Shown: piece by piece, positions 10,245 through 19,036 of the stretch
How positions within the stretch are numbered: position 1 is the stretch's first letter
How the letters are laid out: every line of letters starts with the position of its first letter
Source: Synechocystis sp. PCC 6803 substr. PCC-P
Lineage (GTDB): Bacteria; Cyanobacteriota; Cyanobacteriia; Cyanobacteriales; Microcystaceae
Direction: 5' to 3'
Length of the DNA stretch: 32,000 nt
NCBI RefSeq assembly: GCF_000284455.1
Contig: NC_017039.1
Span: 1,500,001 to 1,532,000 of the forward strand
Position numbers and translations under genes: made by a program
Notes under the pieces: generated by a model
What the model was told of the DNA's origin: nothing
What the model saw: only the letters and a program-made list of their open reading frames with translations
The model's database searches: none

Positions 10245-10649
10245 ATGGCTAATGAGGTCGTTAAAGCTAAGCGTCGCTCTAAATTCAATTTTGGTGATTT
10301 TGTCTTCAGTCCCCTAGCCCTTTTCCTAGCGGTGTTGGCTGGCATGGGGGCTACGGCCTTTATTAGCTATAAATTGGGGGATGCGGCCCTGGAGGGGGTT
10401 GTGCAACCGCCCAGTAACCCCATGGAGCAGTTCATTATTCCGCCTGGGGATGAGCCAGGGGAAAAACCCACAGATGGGTCGGAATCCGGTGCCAAGTTTG
10501 AGCCCGTCAATATTCAACAGGTGGCGAAAGAAACTAGGGCATATATTAAGAAACAACAGAAACTACCCAAGGGGGAAACCAACTCTGCCAACGCAGACCA
10601 GGGACAAGAAAAGTCTGAAGTGGAGACGGAGACGGAAAAAAAGTCTTAG
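10245..10649 (+). CDS. DUF3082-like membrane protein
   Basis: 134 aa, FGDFVFSPLALFLAVLAGMGATAFISYKLGDAAL hydrophobic segment plus charged C-terminal tail; directly downstream of ndhH. Confidence 0.6.
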   Translation: MANEVVKAKRRSKFNFGDFVFSPLALFLAVLAGMGATAFISYKLGDAALEGVVQPPSNPMEQFIIPPGDEPGEKPTDGSESGAKFEPVNIQQVAKETRAYIKKQQKLPKGETNSANADQGQEKSEVETETEKKS

Positions 10650-10696
10650 ATTCTAATGCTGCAAGCCCCCTAGTCAGCGACGAAAATCAAGGGGTC

Positions 10697-11005
10697 TTGA
10701 TGCGGGTAGAGAATATTACCCAAGATCGCCGTACACTGCAGTTGGCGGTGAGCTTACAAAATAATGGCTCGGAGGAAGTGGAGTTTTTGTATAGTTTTTT
10801 GGAAGTCAGGGACCAGGATAATAATTTATTGAGTTCCTTTACTGATTCTTTGCCTCCTTCCTTACCCGGCGATCGCCAAGCGTATAAAGGCACCATCGAG
10901 TTATTTGGCCCGCTGCCGGATTCGGTGCGCAGTGTGTCGATCCGTTTAGCCAGCTATCCCGACGAAAAGGTTAAATTACAGATTGATGCCATTCCCATTC
11001 CTTAG
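10697..11005 (+). CDS. Hypothetical protein, beta-rich extracellular-type domain
   Basis: 102-aa ORF MMRVENITQDRRTLQLAVSLQNNGSEEVEFLYSFLEVRDQDNNLLSS...; co-directional with neighbours, plausible composition. Confidence 0.6.
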   Translation: MMRVENITQDRRTLQLAVSLQNNGSEEVEFLYSFLEVRDQDNNLLSSFTDSLPPSLPGDRQAYKGTIELFGPLPDSVRSVSIRLASYPDEKVKLQIDAIPIP

Positions 11006-11043
11006 CGGGTTGGATTGCATAGCCCTTAACTAAACTTCAATTT

Positions 11044-12153
11044 ATGCGATCGCCTTTGTTGGCCCCGTCCGAAAAGTGTCAAGCTTGGCCCCGGTTTACT
11101 CCCCCTTGGTATCTATCATCGGGCTTGGCCATGACTCTCTACACTGCCTTTGTGGCCAATCAACGTTGCTTAAACTCAGCCCGGACGAGGGAACCTGAAT
11201 ACATCAGCCAGGTAATGACCGGCTCCCAAGGAGTGCCCCTCCATGTTTGGCGATCGCCCATTCCTTCCCAAGCTAAGGGGACATTAATTGCCACCTATGG
11301 CATCACTGGCTCCCTGGAAGATCAAGGCTTTTTGCGACAATGGGGACGCTGGGCCTATGAACGGCACTATGACGTAATTTTGTTTGACTGGCGCGCCCAC
11401 GGTAAAACGGCGGAACTCTCCCCTACCCTCACCTCCGACGGTTTATATGAAGGGGAAGATTTTGTTTATTTAGCCGCCCAAGCAAAGGCTTTGGGTTACC
11501 CCGGCCCCTTTTGGTTTGGGGGTTATTCCCTGGGGGGTCAGCTTTCTCTCTGGGGGGTTTATAAGGGTCAAACTTTGGCAGATTGGGGTAACAACGACGC
11601 AATGCTAACTTCCTTTTCTCCCACAGACATTGGGGGAGCCATGGCCATTTGCCCTAGCCTTGATTCCCAGCGCTCCCTCAATTATTTAACCAGCCATCCA
11701 GTGGGACGATATTTGGAAAAGGCGATCGCCAACAAGCTGAAGGAATTGGCTTGGCAATTGCATCGTCACCATCCGGGGGAATTTGATTCCCAAGCCATTG
11801 AACGGGCTAATACTATTTGGGGCTTTGACCACAATTTGGTGATCGATCGCCTCGGATTGGCCTCTGTGGAAGATTATTACGAAGTCAGCAGTGCCTTGCC
11901 CCTGTTGAGCAAAATTGTTAAACCAACCCTATTGCTCTACGCCGCCGATGATCCCATGTTCCATCCCGCCATAGTAGAAGAATTACCCGGCTTGCAAAAC
12001 CAACTTACCGGTGTGGATTTACAGATAACCCCCAAGGGTGGCCATGTGGGCTACATTGCCAATGGTCCCTGTCAGCAGGCTAGCAACGACCCGGACGAAA
12101 ATTGGGCGATTCACCGCACCCTAGATTGGTTAGATCAAAAATCTTTGGCCTAA
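11044..12153 (+). CDS. Alpha/beta-fold hydrolase (YheT-like)
   Basis: 369 aa with GTLIATYGITGSLEDQGFLRQWGRWAYERHYDVILFDWRAHGKT, nucleophile elbow GGYSLGGQ, LLLYAADDPMF and terminal GGHVGYI histidine motif. Confidence 0.85.
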   Translation: MRSPLLAPSEKCQAWPRFTPPWYLSSGLAMTLYTAFVANQRCLNSARTREPEYISQVMTGSQGVPLHVWRSPIPSQAKGTLIATYGITGSLEDQGFLRQWGRWAYERHYDVILFDWRAHGKTAELSPTLTSDGLYEGEDFVYLAAQAKALGYPGPFWFGGYSLGGQLSLWGVYKGQTLADWGNNDAMLTSFSPTDIGGAMAICPSLDSQRSLNYLTSHPVGRYLEKAIANKLKELAWQLHRHHPGEFDSQAIERANTIWGFDHNLVIDRLGLASVEDYYEVSSALPLLSKIVKPTLLLYAADDPMFHPAIVEELPGLQNQLTGVDLQITPKGGHVGYIANGPCQQASNDPDENWAIHRTLDWLDQKSLA

Positions 12154-12181
12154 TGGATCATTCACAATTTTCAAATCCGTT

Positions 12182-13060
12182 CTAAGAGCGTGTTTGAAAA
12201 GTAGGGTGAAGAATGGAAAATGGTGAAAAGAATAAAATTTTCACCATAATTAATGATAATTCGAGAATTTTACAGCACGGACATCACAGATAGCCAGTGG
12301 CAATTGGTAGAACCCCATTTACCCAAAGCAAAAACTGGGGGAAGAAAACGGAAAACTAGTCTGCGGGAGATACTCAATGCTATTTTTTACATGCTCAGAA
12401 CGGGGTGTGCCTGGCGACTTCTGCCCCATGATTTTCCTAAATGGCGAACGGTCTATGGTTATTTCCAGCAATGGCACGAAGATGGTACCTGGAAAAAATT
12501 AAACCGTATCTTCCGTGAGAAAGTTCGGCTCAAAGCTGGAAGAAATACTCACCCTAGTGCCGGTTGTTTAGATTCACAGTCACTTAAAAAGGCTGGAACT
12601 GGCCAAGAAACTGGCTATGACGGCGGAAAAAAGGTCAATGGTCGTAAACGCACAATCCTCGTGGATACCATGGGATTACTTCTCGATGTTGTGGTTCACA
12701 GCGCTCATCGCTCTGACCATCAGGGTCTGATTCTACTTGCTACCTGGTTTGCTCCCCTTTGGCAGTGCCTGCAAGTTATATGGACTGACAGCACCTTTGG
12801 CGGAAAGGATTTTATTTTCTGGGTGGAGCATACTTTTGGTTGGACCTTGAATGTGGTCAGCAAAAAGCAGGGACAAAAAGGCTTTGAAGTCCTACCCCGC
12901 CGTTGGGTAGTCGAGCGCACTTTTGCTTGGTTTGGTCGTTATCGTCGTTTAAGCAAGGATTATGAATATTTACCTACCACCAGTGAGACCATGCTCTATG
13001 GTGCCATGGTTCATCTCATCCTTCAAAGGCTTGCTTAAAACTTTTCAAACACTTTCTAAG
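12182..13060 (+). mobile_element. Intact IS5-family insertion sequence (outermost boundaries approximate)
   Basis: Imperfect terminal inverted repeats: left 12182-12202 ctaagagcgtgtttgaaaagt versus reverse complement of 13040-13060 cttagaaagtgtttgaaaagt (18/21 identical), bracketing one full-length transposase ORF. Confidence 0.8.
12253..13038 (+). CDS. IS5-family transposase (DDE)
   Basis: 261 aa: HLPKAKTGGRKRKTSLREILNAIFYMLRTGCAWRLLPHDFPKW, CLDSQSLKKAG...GYDGGKKVNGRKRTILVDTMGLLL, VIWTDSTFGGKD, LPRRWVVERTFAWFGRYRRLSKDYEYLPTTSE. Confidence 0.93.
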   Translation: MIIREFYSTDITDSQWQLVEPHLPKAKTGGRKRKTSLREILNAIFYMLRTGCAWRLLPHDFPKWRTVYGYFQQWHEDGTWKKLNRIFREKVRLKAGRNTHPSAGCLDSQSLKKAGTGQETGYDGGKKVNGRKRTILVDTMGLLLDVVVHSAHRSDHQGLILLATWFAPLWQCLQVIWTDSTFGGKDFIFWVEHTFGWTLNVVSKKQGQKGFEVLPRRWVVERTFAWFGRYRRLSKDYEYLPTTSETMLYGAMVHLILQRLA

Positions 13061-13084
13061 AGCCTGTTTGCAAAGTCTTATTTT

Positions 13085-13154
13085 GCCCCCTAAATCCCTC
13101 AATACTGGGGGACTTTGACTGTGTTTCCCCCCAAATTTGGGGGGTCAGGGGGGC
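13085..13154. repeat. GC-rich palindromic/MITE-like dispersed repeat
   Basis: gccccctaaatccctcaatactgggggactttgactgtgtttccccccaaatttggggggtcaggggggc; contains perfect 18-bp palindrome CCCCCCAAATTTGGGGGG (13127-13144) and inverted outer arms; resembles the GCCCCCTAAATCCCCCAAT...GGGGGACTT repeats common in cyanobacteria. Confidence 0.6.
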
Positions 13155-13157
13155 TTT

Positions 13158-14366
13158 TCAAATCCGTTCCAACAGATATTGCCAAATGCGGTGGGCCATG
13201 GCCAGCTTTGAACAAGGGGCGATCGCCGTTTGGGAACCGTGGCGGTCAATAATTACCGCTTGATTACTGTCGGTGCCAAAGCCTGATTGGGGCTGATCAA
13301 TGGGATTGGCAACAATTACATCTAGATTTTTCCTCTGCAACTTTTCTTTGGCTGGGGTAACAATATCTCCCGCTTGGGCAGCAAAACCTACTAGCAATTG
13401 ATGGGGCCGTTTTTGTTTGCTCACCTGGGCAATTAAATCCGGTACCGGAGCCAACGGCAAACTGTCGGGTAAATCCTGTTTAGCTATTTTGCCTGTCCAT
13501 GTTTGAGCCGGTTTAACATCGGCCACAGCGGCGGCCATCACAATCCAATCCGCCAAGGGAGCTTGTTGGGCCAAGGCTTGCTCCATTTGCTCGGCGTTGA
13601 CCACCGCCATACTGATTACTCCCATGGGTATGGGCAAATCCCCTATGGGGCCATGGATGAGAGTCACCCTTGCCCCCCGATCGCCGGCCGACTGGGCCAG
13701 AGCTAAACCCATTTTTCCGGTGGACGGATTACCAATAAACCGCACTGCATCGAGATATTCCTGGGTGCCCCCAGCGGTGATAAGAATCCTTTTACCCCGT
13801 AAATCTTCCTGACCTCCGGTGAACAGCAGTGCTTGCAGTCGATGCATAATTTGCGCCGGTTCCGCCAAACGCCCCACTCCCCGCCGGTCACAGGCCAACA
13901 GTCCCCCATTGGGGGCTAACAGATGATAACGGCGATCGCCCAGCAATTGTTGTAAATTCCTTTGCACCGCTTCCTGCTCCCACATATCCGTATTCATGGC
14001 GGGGGCTAAAAGGATCGGACAACTGGAGGCTAACACCGTATTGCTGAGTAGATCATCGGCAAAACCATGGCCTAGTTTCGCCAAAGTGTGGGCCGTGAGG
14101 GGAGCAATCAGGAAAATATCCGCCCATTCCCCCAGGTCAATATGGAGGGGACGGTGATGTATGGGCTGCCAAAAATCTGCGTCGCCGTAAGCGGGATGGC
14201 GAGCCAGGGTGGTAAAGGTCAAGGGAGTAACAAATTTTTCGGCTTCGGCAGTGAGGATTACCCGCACCTCCGCCCCTTGCTGGAATAGTTGGGACACCAC
14301 CTCACAGATTTTATAGGCCGCAATGCCGCCACCCACCCCGATTAGGATGCGTTTCCCCTTTACCAT
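13158..14366 (-). CDS. coaBC: Bifunctional phosphopantothenoylcysteine decarboxylase / phosphopantothenate-cysteine ligase
   Basis: Start ATG is reverse complement of cat at 14364-14366; stop TGA at 13160-13158. [99 protein letters not shown]. Confidence 0.95.
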
Positions 14367-14378
14367 GGGCGATTAAAT

Positions 14379-14591
14379 TTAAGCTTCGTCATAGGTCTCA
14401 TTATCCAGCAGGTAAAGATAGGGTTCCGCCAAGTCTTCCCGCTGAAAGGCGATCGCCCGTAGGAGATGCCAATCCCTCAGCCCTTCAAAAGCATCGGTGT
14501 AATCATCGTTTTCCAGCCGTTGGGCCAATTGGGCCACATCCTCGGCAGTGAGTGCAGCTACATCTTGTTTGCTCAGGTTTTGGACGGACAT
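14379..14591 (-). CDS. DUF2555-like small protein
   Basis: MSVQNLSKQDVAALTAEDVAQLAQRLENDDYTDAFEGLRDWHLLRAIAFQREDLAEPYLYLLDNETYDEA; start at 14591 gives the conserved small-protein length. Confidence 0.7.
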   Translation of the reverse strand: MSVQNLSKQDVAALTAEDVAQLAQRLENDDYTDAFEGLRDWHLLRAIAFQREDLAEPYLYLLDNETYDEA

Positions 14592-14696
14592 GGACAATAC
14601 TCCTGAAGTTGACAACCGTCGGCAACTCACATTTTATAGTCTCTGCGTTGGTTGCAACCAAGAGAATAGAGCAAACCGGGGCTAAACTGGGCCAAC

Positions 14697-15452
14697 CTAA
14701 GCCAGCAAAGAAGTGGAAGAAGAGGCTTCCTGCCCTTGGAGCGATCGCCAAAATTGTTGTAGTTGAAATGCGGTTATCTCTGGATGCTCAAACTGAAAAA
14801 AGTATTTTCCTTCAGGACATAACCAAAGGCGATCGCCAGGCTTTTTCCAGCGTTGCCAACCATTAAATAAACTGGTGTCAATGATGCCATCTGTTTCTCC
14901 CACCGCCACCAAGAGGGGCACAGCAATGTGGTTGGGCAAAATAATTAATTGCTTATACAAACTATGGGGAGAAATGGAAGTTAATAGATCATTTTCCAAA
15001 ATATTAACAATGGTTTGGGTTTGACGTAGGGAACGACAATTAAATAGATGGTGGGCCATTTGACCAAGGAGCAAATGACGGCTGTAACGCATGGCATCAA
15101 ATTGGCTGTAATAATGGGCTTGCCAGTCGAGGGCAGGATATACACCAACGGAGAGTAGGGAGAGGGAACGGACTTTTTCGGGACATTGTCGGGCGTACAA
15201 TAAAGCTAACAATCCACTGGTGCTATGACCAATTAAATGGACAGGTTGGTGAAAATTTTCCAGGTATTCTCCGATTAAATCTAATCCCACTGTTAGACAA
15301 TTGGGTTCGTCAGCAGTTTGATGATAATCCCATTGCAAAATAGCCTGACTTTTGCCTAATTGTCGTAGTAGAGGACGATCAAAACGCCGCAGAGCAGGAC
15401 TAAAATTAAGCCAAATGATAGGTGTTTCCGGGGGCATATTCTGGTTTGTCAT
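14697..15452 (-). CDS. isiC: Alpha/beta-fold hydrolase, IsiC-like, downstream of isiB
   Basis: 251 aa with VHLIGHSTSGLLALLYARQCPEKVRSLSLLSVG, LLVAVGETDGIID; position in the isi cluster matches the described third gene isiC. Confidence 0.65.
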   Translation of the reverse strand: MTNQNMPPETPIIWLNFSPALRRFDRPLLRQLGKSQAILQWDYHQTADEPNCLTVGLDLIGEYLENFHQPVHLIGHSTSGLLALLYARQCPEKVRSLSLLSVGVYPALDWQAHYYSQFDAMRYSRHLLLGQMAHHLFNCRSLRQTQTIVNILENDLLTSISPHSLYKQLIILPNHIAVPLLVAVGETDGIIDTSLFNGWQRWKKPGDRLWLCPEGKYFFQFEHPEITAFQLQQFWRSLQGQEASSSTSLLA

Positions 15453-15686
15453 GGTAGGAGTCCGGCTGGGGGGAGATTCTTAGACAAAAAATTAAATGAA
15501 GTGAGGAGTAGCAAGTAAATTATTCGAGTCAGCATTATTTGCAGGTTGATCAAAACCGGGCAGAGCTAGAAACAACCCTGACAAAAGATCAGATTTTCAA
15601 GATAAGTTCAAGCAACATTAATTATTGCCAGTGTCAATGAACTATTGGGATCTTGGTAGTGATCAGCCGGCAAAAGCTTAGGTTAC

Positions 15687-16199
15687 CTAGGATTGCAAAA
15701 TTGGTTTAATTTCACTTACCCATGTCTTTACTCTTAATTCTGTTAACTCTGGCTGATTATCTTCGTCCAAAGCTAAACCAACAAATTTCCCATTTTTCAC
15801 CGCTTTTGATTCGTCAAAATCATAGCCAGCGGTGGGCCAAAACCCCACTGTTTTACCGCCTAATCCACTGATTTTTTCTTCTAAAATGCCCATGGCGTCT
15901 TGAAAATTATCTGCATAACCAACCTGATCGCCAGCACCAAAATAGGCTACTTTTTTGCCATTAAAATCAATTTCGTCTAATTGGTCATAAAAGCCTTCCC
16001 AATCACTCTGGAGTTCCCCCACATTCCAGGTGGGACAACCGATAATCAGGCAACTATATTGCCTAAAATCATCAACATCAGCCTGGGATATATCCATCAT
16101 ATCGACCACACTATCGCCGCCCATTTCTTTTTGAATCAGTTCAGCAATGGTTTCAGTGTTGCCGGTTTGAGTACCGTAAAAAAGTCCAATTTTTGTCAT
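15687..16199 (-). CDS. isiB: Flavodoxin
   Basis: 170 aa, MTKIGLFYGTQTGNTETIAELIQKEMGGDSVVDMMDIS, CLIIGCPTWNVGELQSDWEGFYDQLD, VAYFGAGDQVGYADNFQDAMGILE. Confidence 0.97.
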   Translation of the reverse strand: MTKIGLFYGTQTGNTETIAELIQKEMGGDSVVDMMDISQADVDDFRQYSCLIIGCPTWNVGELQSDWEGFYDQLDEIDFNGKKVAYFGAGDQVGYADNFQDAMGILEEKISGLGGKTVGFWPTAGYDFDESKAVKNGKFVGLALDEDNQPELTELRVKTWVSEIKPILQS

Positions 16200-16603
16200 G
16201 ATTACTGGAAAGTTACTAAGCTTAATTTGTTTTCGTGGAAATAATTTTGGGAAACCCTTAACCGTTAAGTAGGGCTTGGTTTAGTAGTTCCGAAGTGTTG
16301 AAGGAAAGGGGACTGATGCCATCGTTGGCGATCGCCTGCATCTGGCGACACTGACAGCAATACCAAACTAAATTTCCTTGGTGTAAATGCCGCAAAAGAC
16401 AATGGCAACAGCACAAACAAGTGTGAGGATGATCCATAATTTTTTAGGCAATGGGAGAGTGAAAATTCATTAACTTAGGCAAGGTAATAAAAAGAAAAGA
16501 GGTTTACCGTTACTTAGCAATGGAGTCTTAATTTCAGGCTGGCAGAGCTAGGCAAAGTAAACCCCGATGCTTGCTTAAGAGAGGAAAAGCTGATGGCTAA
16601 TGA

Positions 16604-17632
16604 CTAGGTTTGCAAGGAATCAAACGCTTGTTCGACCCGTTTGAAGTCAAAACCCAAAGCCCGCAGTGCGTGCCAGAGGTGGCCTTGGAGGAAGAAAAAG
16701 GCCAGGAAGAAGTGAGCGTTGGCTAACCAAGCCCGGCTGGTGTGGGCATGCATGGGCAGTTCCACCGTATCGGCAAAATAGGGAAAAATGCCCAATTTAA
16801 TTGCCAAAGGCGGGCCGTAAAATTCTGGCGGATAGGCCAGGGTGTTGACTGCACAGAAATAGGCCGCCACAAATCCAGCTAGGGCAATGCCCCCCAGGGA
16901 ATAGGACAAAATGGCTTCCCCGGAAAAGAGCAGAACTTTTTTAGCCCAACCCAGAGGGGGCACCAGAATGTGCCAAATGCCTCCACCGATGAGCAGAAAA
17001 CCGACAAAAATATGTCCCCCCACCAGATCTTCTAGGCTACTGATGCTGGCAAAATGGGTTTGATAACCATAAATAACCAAAGGATCTAATGTTGGCTGAC
17101 TGACTAGGCGCACCGTTTGGGTGGTGGCGTCGTACAATCCCCCCCAATACATGGCTTTGCCTGCCAACAGTAGAGCTCCGGCCCCCAGGAACAGGAGATG
17201 ATGACCCAAAATTATCCCTAGTTGCTGGGGGTTTTCCCACGTGAAATGGAATTTTTTGCCCTGGCCCTTAAGGGTACTGAGGTCAGCGGGGGCCCGCAGG
17301 GTATGAAACAAAGCCCCAGCCCCCAGTACCGCTGAAGCAATCAGGTGAATACTACCAATGACAAAGTAGGGATAGGTATCCACAATTTGTCCGCCATCGC
17401 CCACACCCCAACCGAGGGTAGCCAAATGGGGCAGTAGAATTAATCCCTGGTCTCCCATGGCCTGGGTGGGATCAAATCGGGAAATTTCAAACAGGGTAAA
17501 GGCTCCGGCCCAAAATGCTGTTAAAGCCGCCTGGGCCACATGGGCCGCAATAAAAAGCCCAGACTGATCAGCGAAACGGGCATTGCCGGCCCACCATTCG
17601 TACTGAACGGTGTCGTTGCCATAGGTTTGCAC
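16604..17632 (-). CDS. isiA: Iron-stress-induced chlorophyll-binding protein CP43' (IsiA), GTG start
   Basis: 342 aa [49 protein letters not shown]...[26 protein letters not shown]; six-TM antenna family, followed by isiB. Confidence 0.97.
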   Translation of the reverse strand: MQTYGNDTVQYEWWAGNARFADQSGLFIAAHVAQAALTAFWAGAFTLFEISRFDPTQAMGDQGLILLPHLATLGWGVGDGGQIVDTYPYFVIGSIHLIASAVLGAGALFHTLRAPADLSTLKGQGKKFHFTWENPQQLGIILGHHLLFLGAGALLLAGKAMYWGGLYDATTQTVRLVSQPTLDPLVIYGYQTHFASISSLEDLVGGHIFVGFLLIGGGIWHILVPPLGWAKKVLLFSGEAILSYSLGGIALAGFVAAYFCAVNTLAYPPEFYGPPLAIKLGIFPYFADTVELPMHAHTSRAWLANAHFFLAFFFLQGHLWHALRALGFDFKRVEQAFDSLQT

Positions 17633-17851
17633 AGAATTGCCTCCTTAATTGAGACGACAAATAATAAATTATGGCAATAAGTGCCGAGAAACCTAGGTGG
17701 GATGCCGCCATGGAGGCAAAGAATAAAGCGTTCTCTGTCCACCCGAGACCTATTCTGGCTTAACCACAACGGCGATCGCCAATCTTTCCCTAGGACTAAG
17801 CTCAAACCACTGATGGAGCAGTTGAGAATCTTTAGCACTTACTCCCGAATT

Positions 17852-17878
17852 ATTATAGGGGCATAAATGAGAATTTAT
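17852..17878 (-). promoter_or_regulatory. isiA promoter: -10 TATAAT (17857-17852) with Fur-box-like palindrome ATAAATTCTCATTTAT (17878-17863) over the -35 region
   Basis: Perfect TATAAT on the minus strand, about 211 nt upstream of the isiA start for the implied TSS; 6-4-6 palindrome immediately upstream. Confidence 0.7.
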
Positions 17879-18141
17879 AGCAACTAAAATTATTAAGAAA
17901 TGTTAAGCAGGGTTGAACCCATGGCCAGGTGAGGATTTGCCTCCAGGGATGCTAGAGGGGAATTTTGTTGATGAGGTTGATTGCAGTAGCGGTGTAAAAG
18001 ATCTTATTTAGAATTGGTGTATATATGCTGATTTTTGGCGATCGCCCAAGGGTAACGTAACTTCCGACGGGGATGTGGCAAGCTGTTATGGGTGGGAGCG
18101 TGGCCTCCGGAAGCCCTCGTCAGTAAAAAAGTGAACAACTC

Positions 18142-18981
18142 ATGGCTTTAATCCAATGGTATCCCGGGCACATTGCCAAAGCGGAAAGACAACTCCGGGA
18201 GCAGTTAAACAAAGTTGACGTGGTGCTGGAAGTAATTGATGCCCGCATTCCACTAGCGTCCCAGCATCCCGATGTGCCCCTCTGGGTGGGAGAAAAGCCC
18301 AAATTAATCATTCTCAACCGGGTGGACATGATCACGCCGGAGTTGCAAGAGCAGTGGTTAACGTGGTTCCGCCAGCAAAATCAAACGGTGTATTACGCCA
18401 ATGCCAAGCAGGGCACCGGGGTTAAGGCCATTAGTAAAGCGGCCCAGCAAGCTGGTAAGGCGGTTAATGAAAGAAGGCAACGACGGGGTATGCAACCACG
18501 GCCAGTGCGAGCAGTGGTGATGGGCTTCCCTAACGTAGGTAAATCTGCATTAATTAACCGACTTTTAGGGCGTAAGGTGGTAGAGAGTGCCCGACGGGCG
18601 GGGGTGACCAGACAGTTACGGTGGATTCGCATTTCCGACAGTTTGGAATTGCTTGATTCCCCTGGGGTCATTCCCCTCAAGCTGGAAAATCAGGCCAATG
18701 CCCTCAAGCTGGCCATTTGTGAAGATATTGGTGAGGCGGCCTACGAAAATCAGGCGGTGGCGATCGCCATGGTGGATCTGTTGCTAGATTTATCCCTGGG
18801 GGAGGCGTTGACGCAACGTTACCAAGTGCCGCCGGAAGCTATGAATGGGGATTTATATTTAATCGCCCTAGCTGATGCCCGTCATAACGGCGATCGGGAA
18901 AGGGCCGCAGTACAATTGCTGAACGATTTCCGCAAAGGACTACTGGGCCCCCTGCCATTGGAATTGCCCCCAGAGGTTTAG
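18142..18981 (+). CDS. ylqF: Ribosome biogenesis GTPase YlqF/RbgA
   Basis: 279 aa, IQWYPGHIAKAERQLREQLNKVDVVLEVIDARIPLASQHP, circularly permuted GTPase order NRVDM ... GFPNVGKSALINRLLG ... DSPGVI. Confidence 0.92.
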   Translation: MALIQWYPGHIAKAERQLREQLNKVDVVLEVIDARIPLASQHPDVPLWVGEKPKLIILNRVDMITPELQEQWLTWFRQQNQTVYYANAKQGTGVKAISKAAQQAGKAVNERRQRRGMQPRPVRAVVMGFPNVGKSALINRLLGRKVVESARRAGVTRQLRWIRISDSLELLDSPGVIPLKLENQANALKLAICEDIGEAAYENQAVAIAMVDLLLDLSLGEALTQRYQVPPEAMNGDLYLIALADARHNGDRERAAVQLLNDFRKGLLGPLPLELPPEV

Positions 18982-19036
18982 ACCAGAATCGGCCTAGGGA
19001 TAGGATTAATGTTTTCCTCGGATAACCTTCACTACT

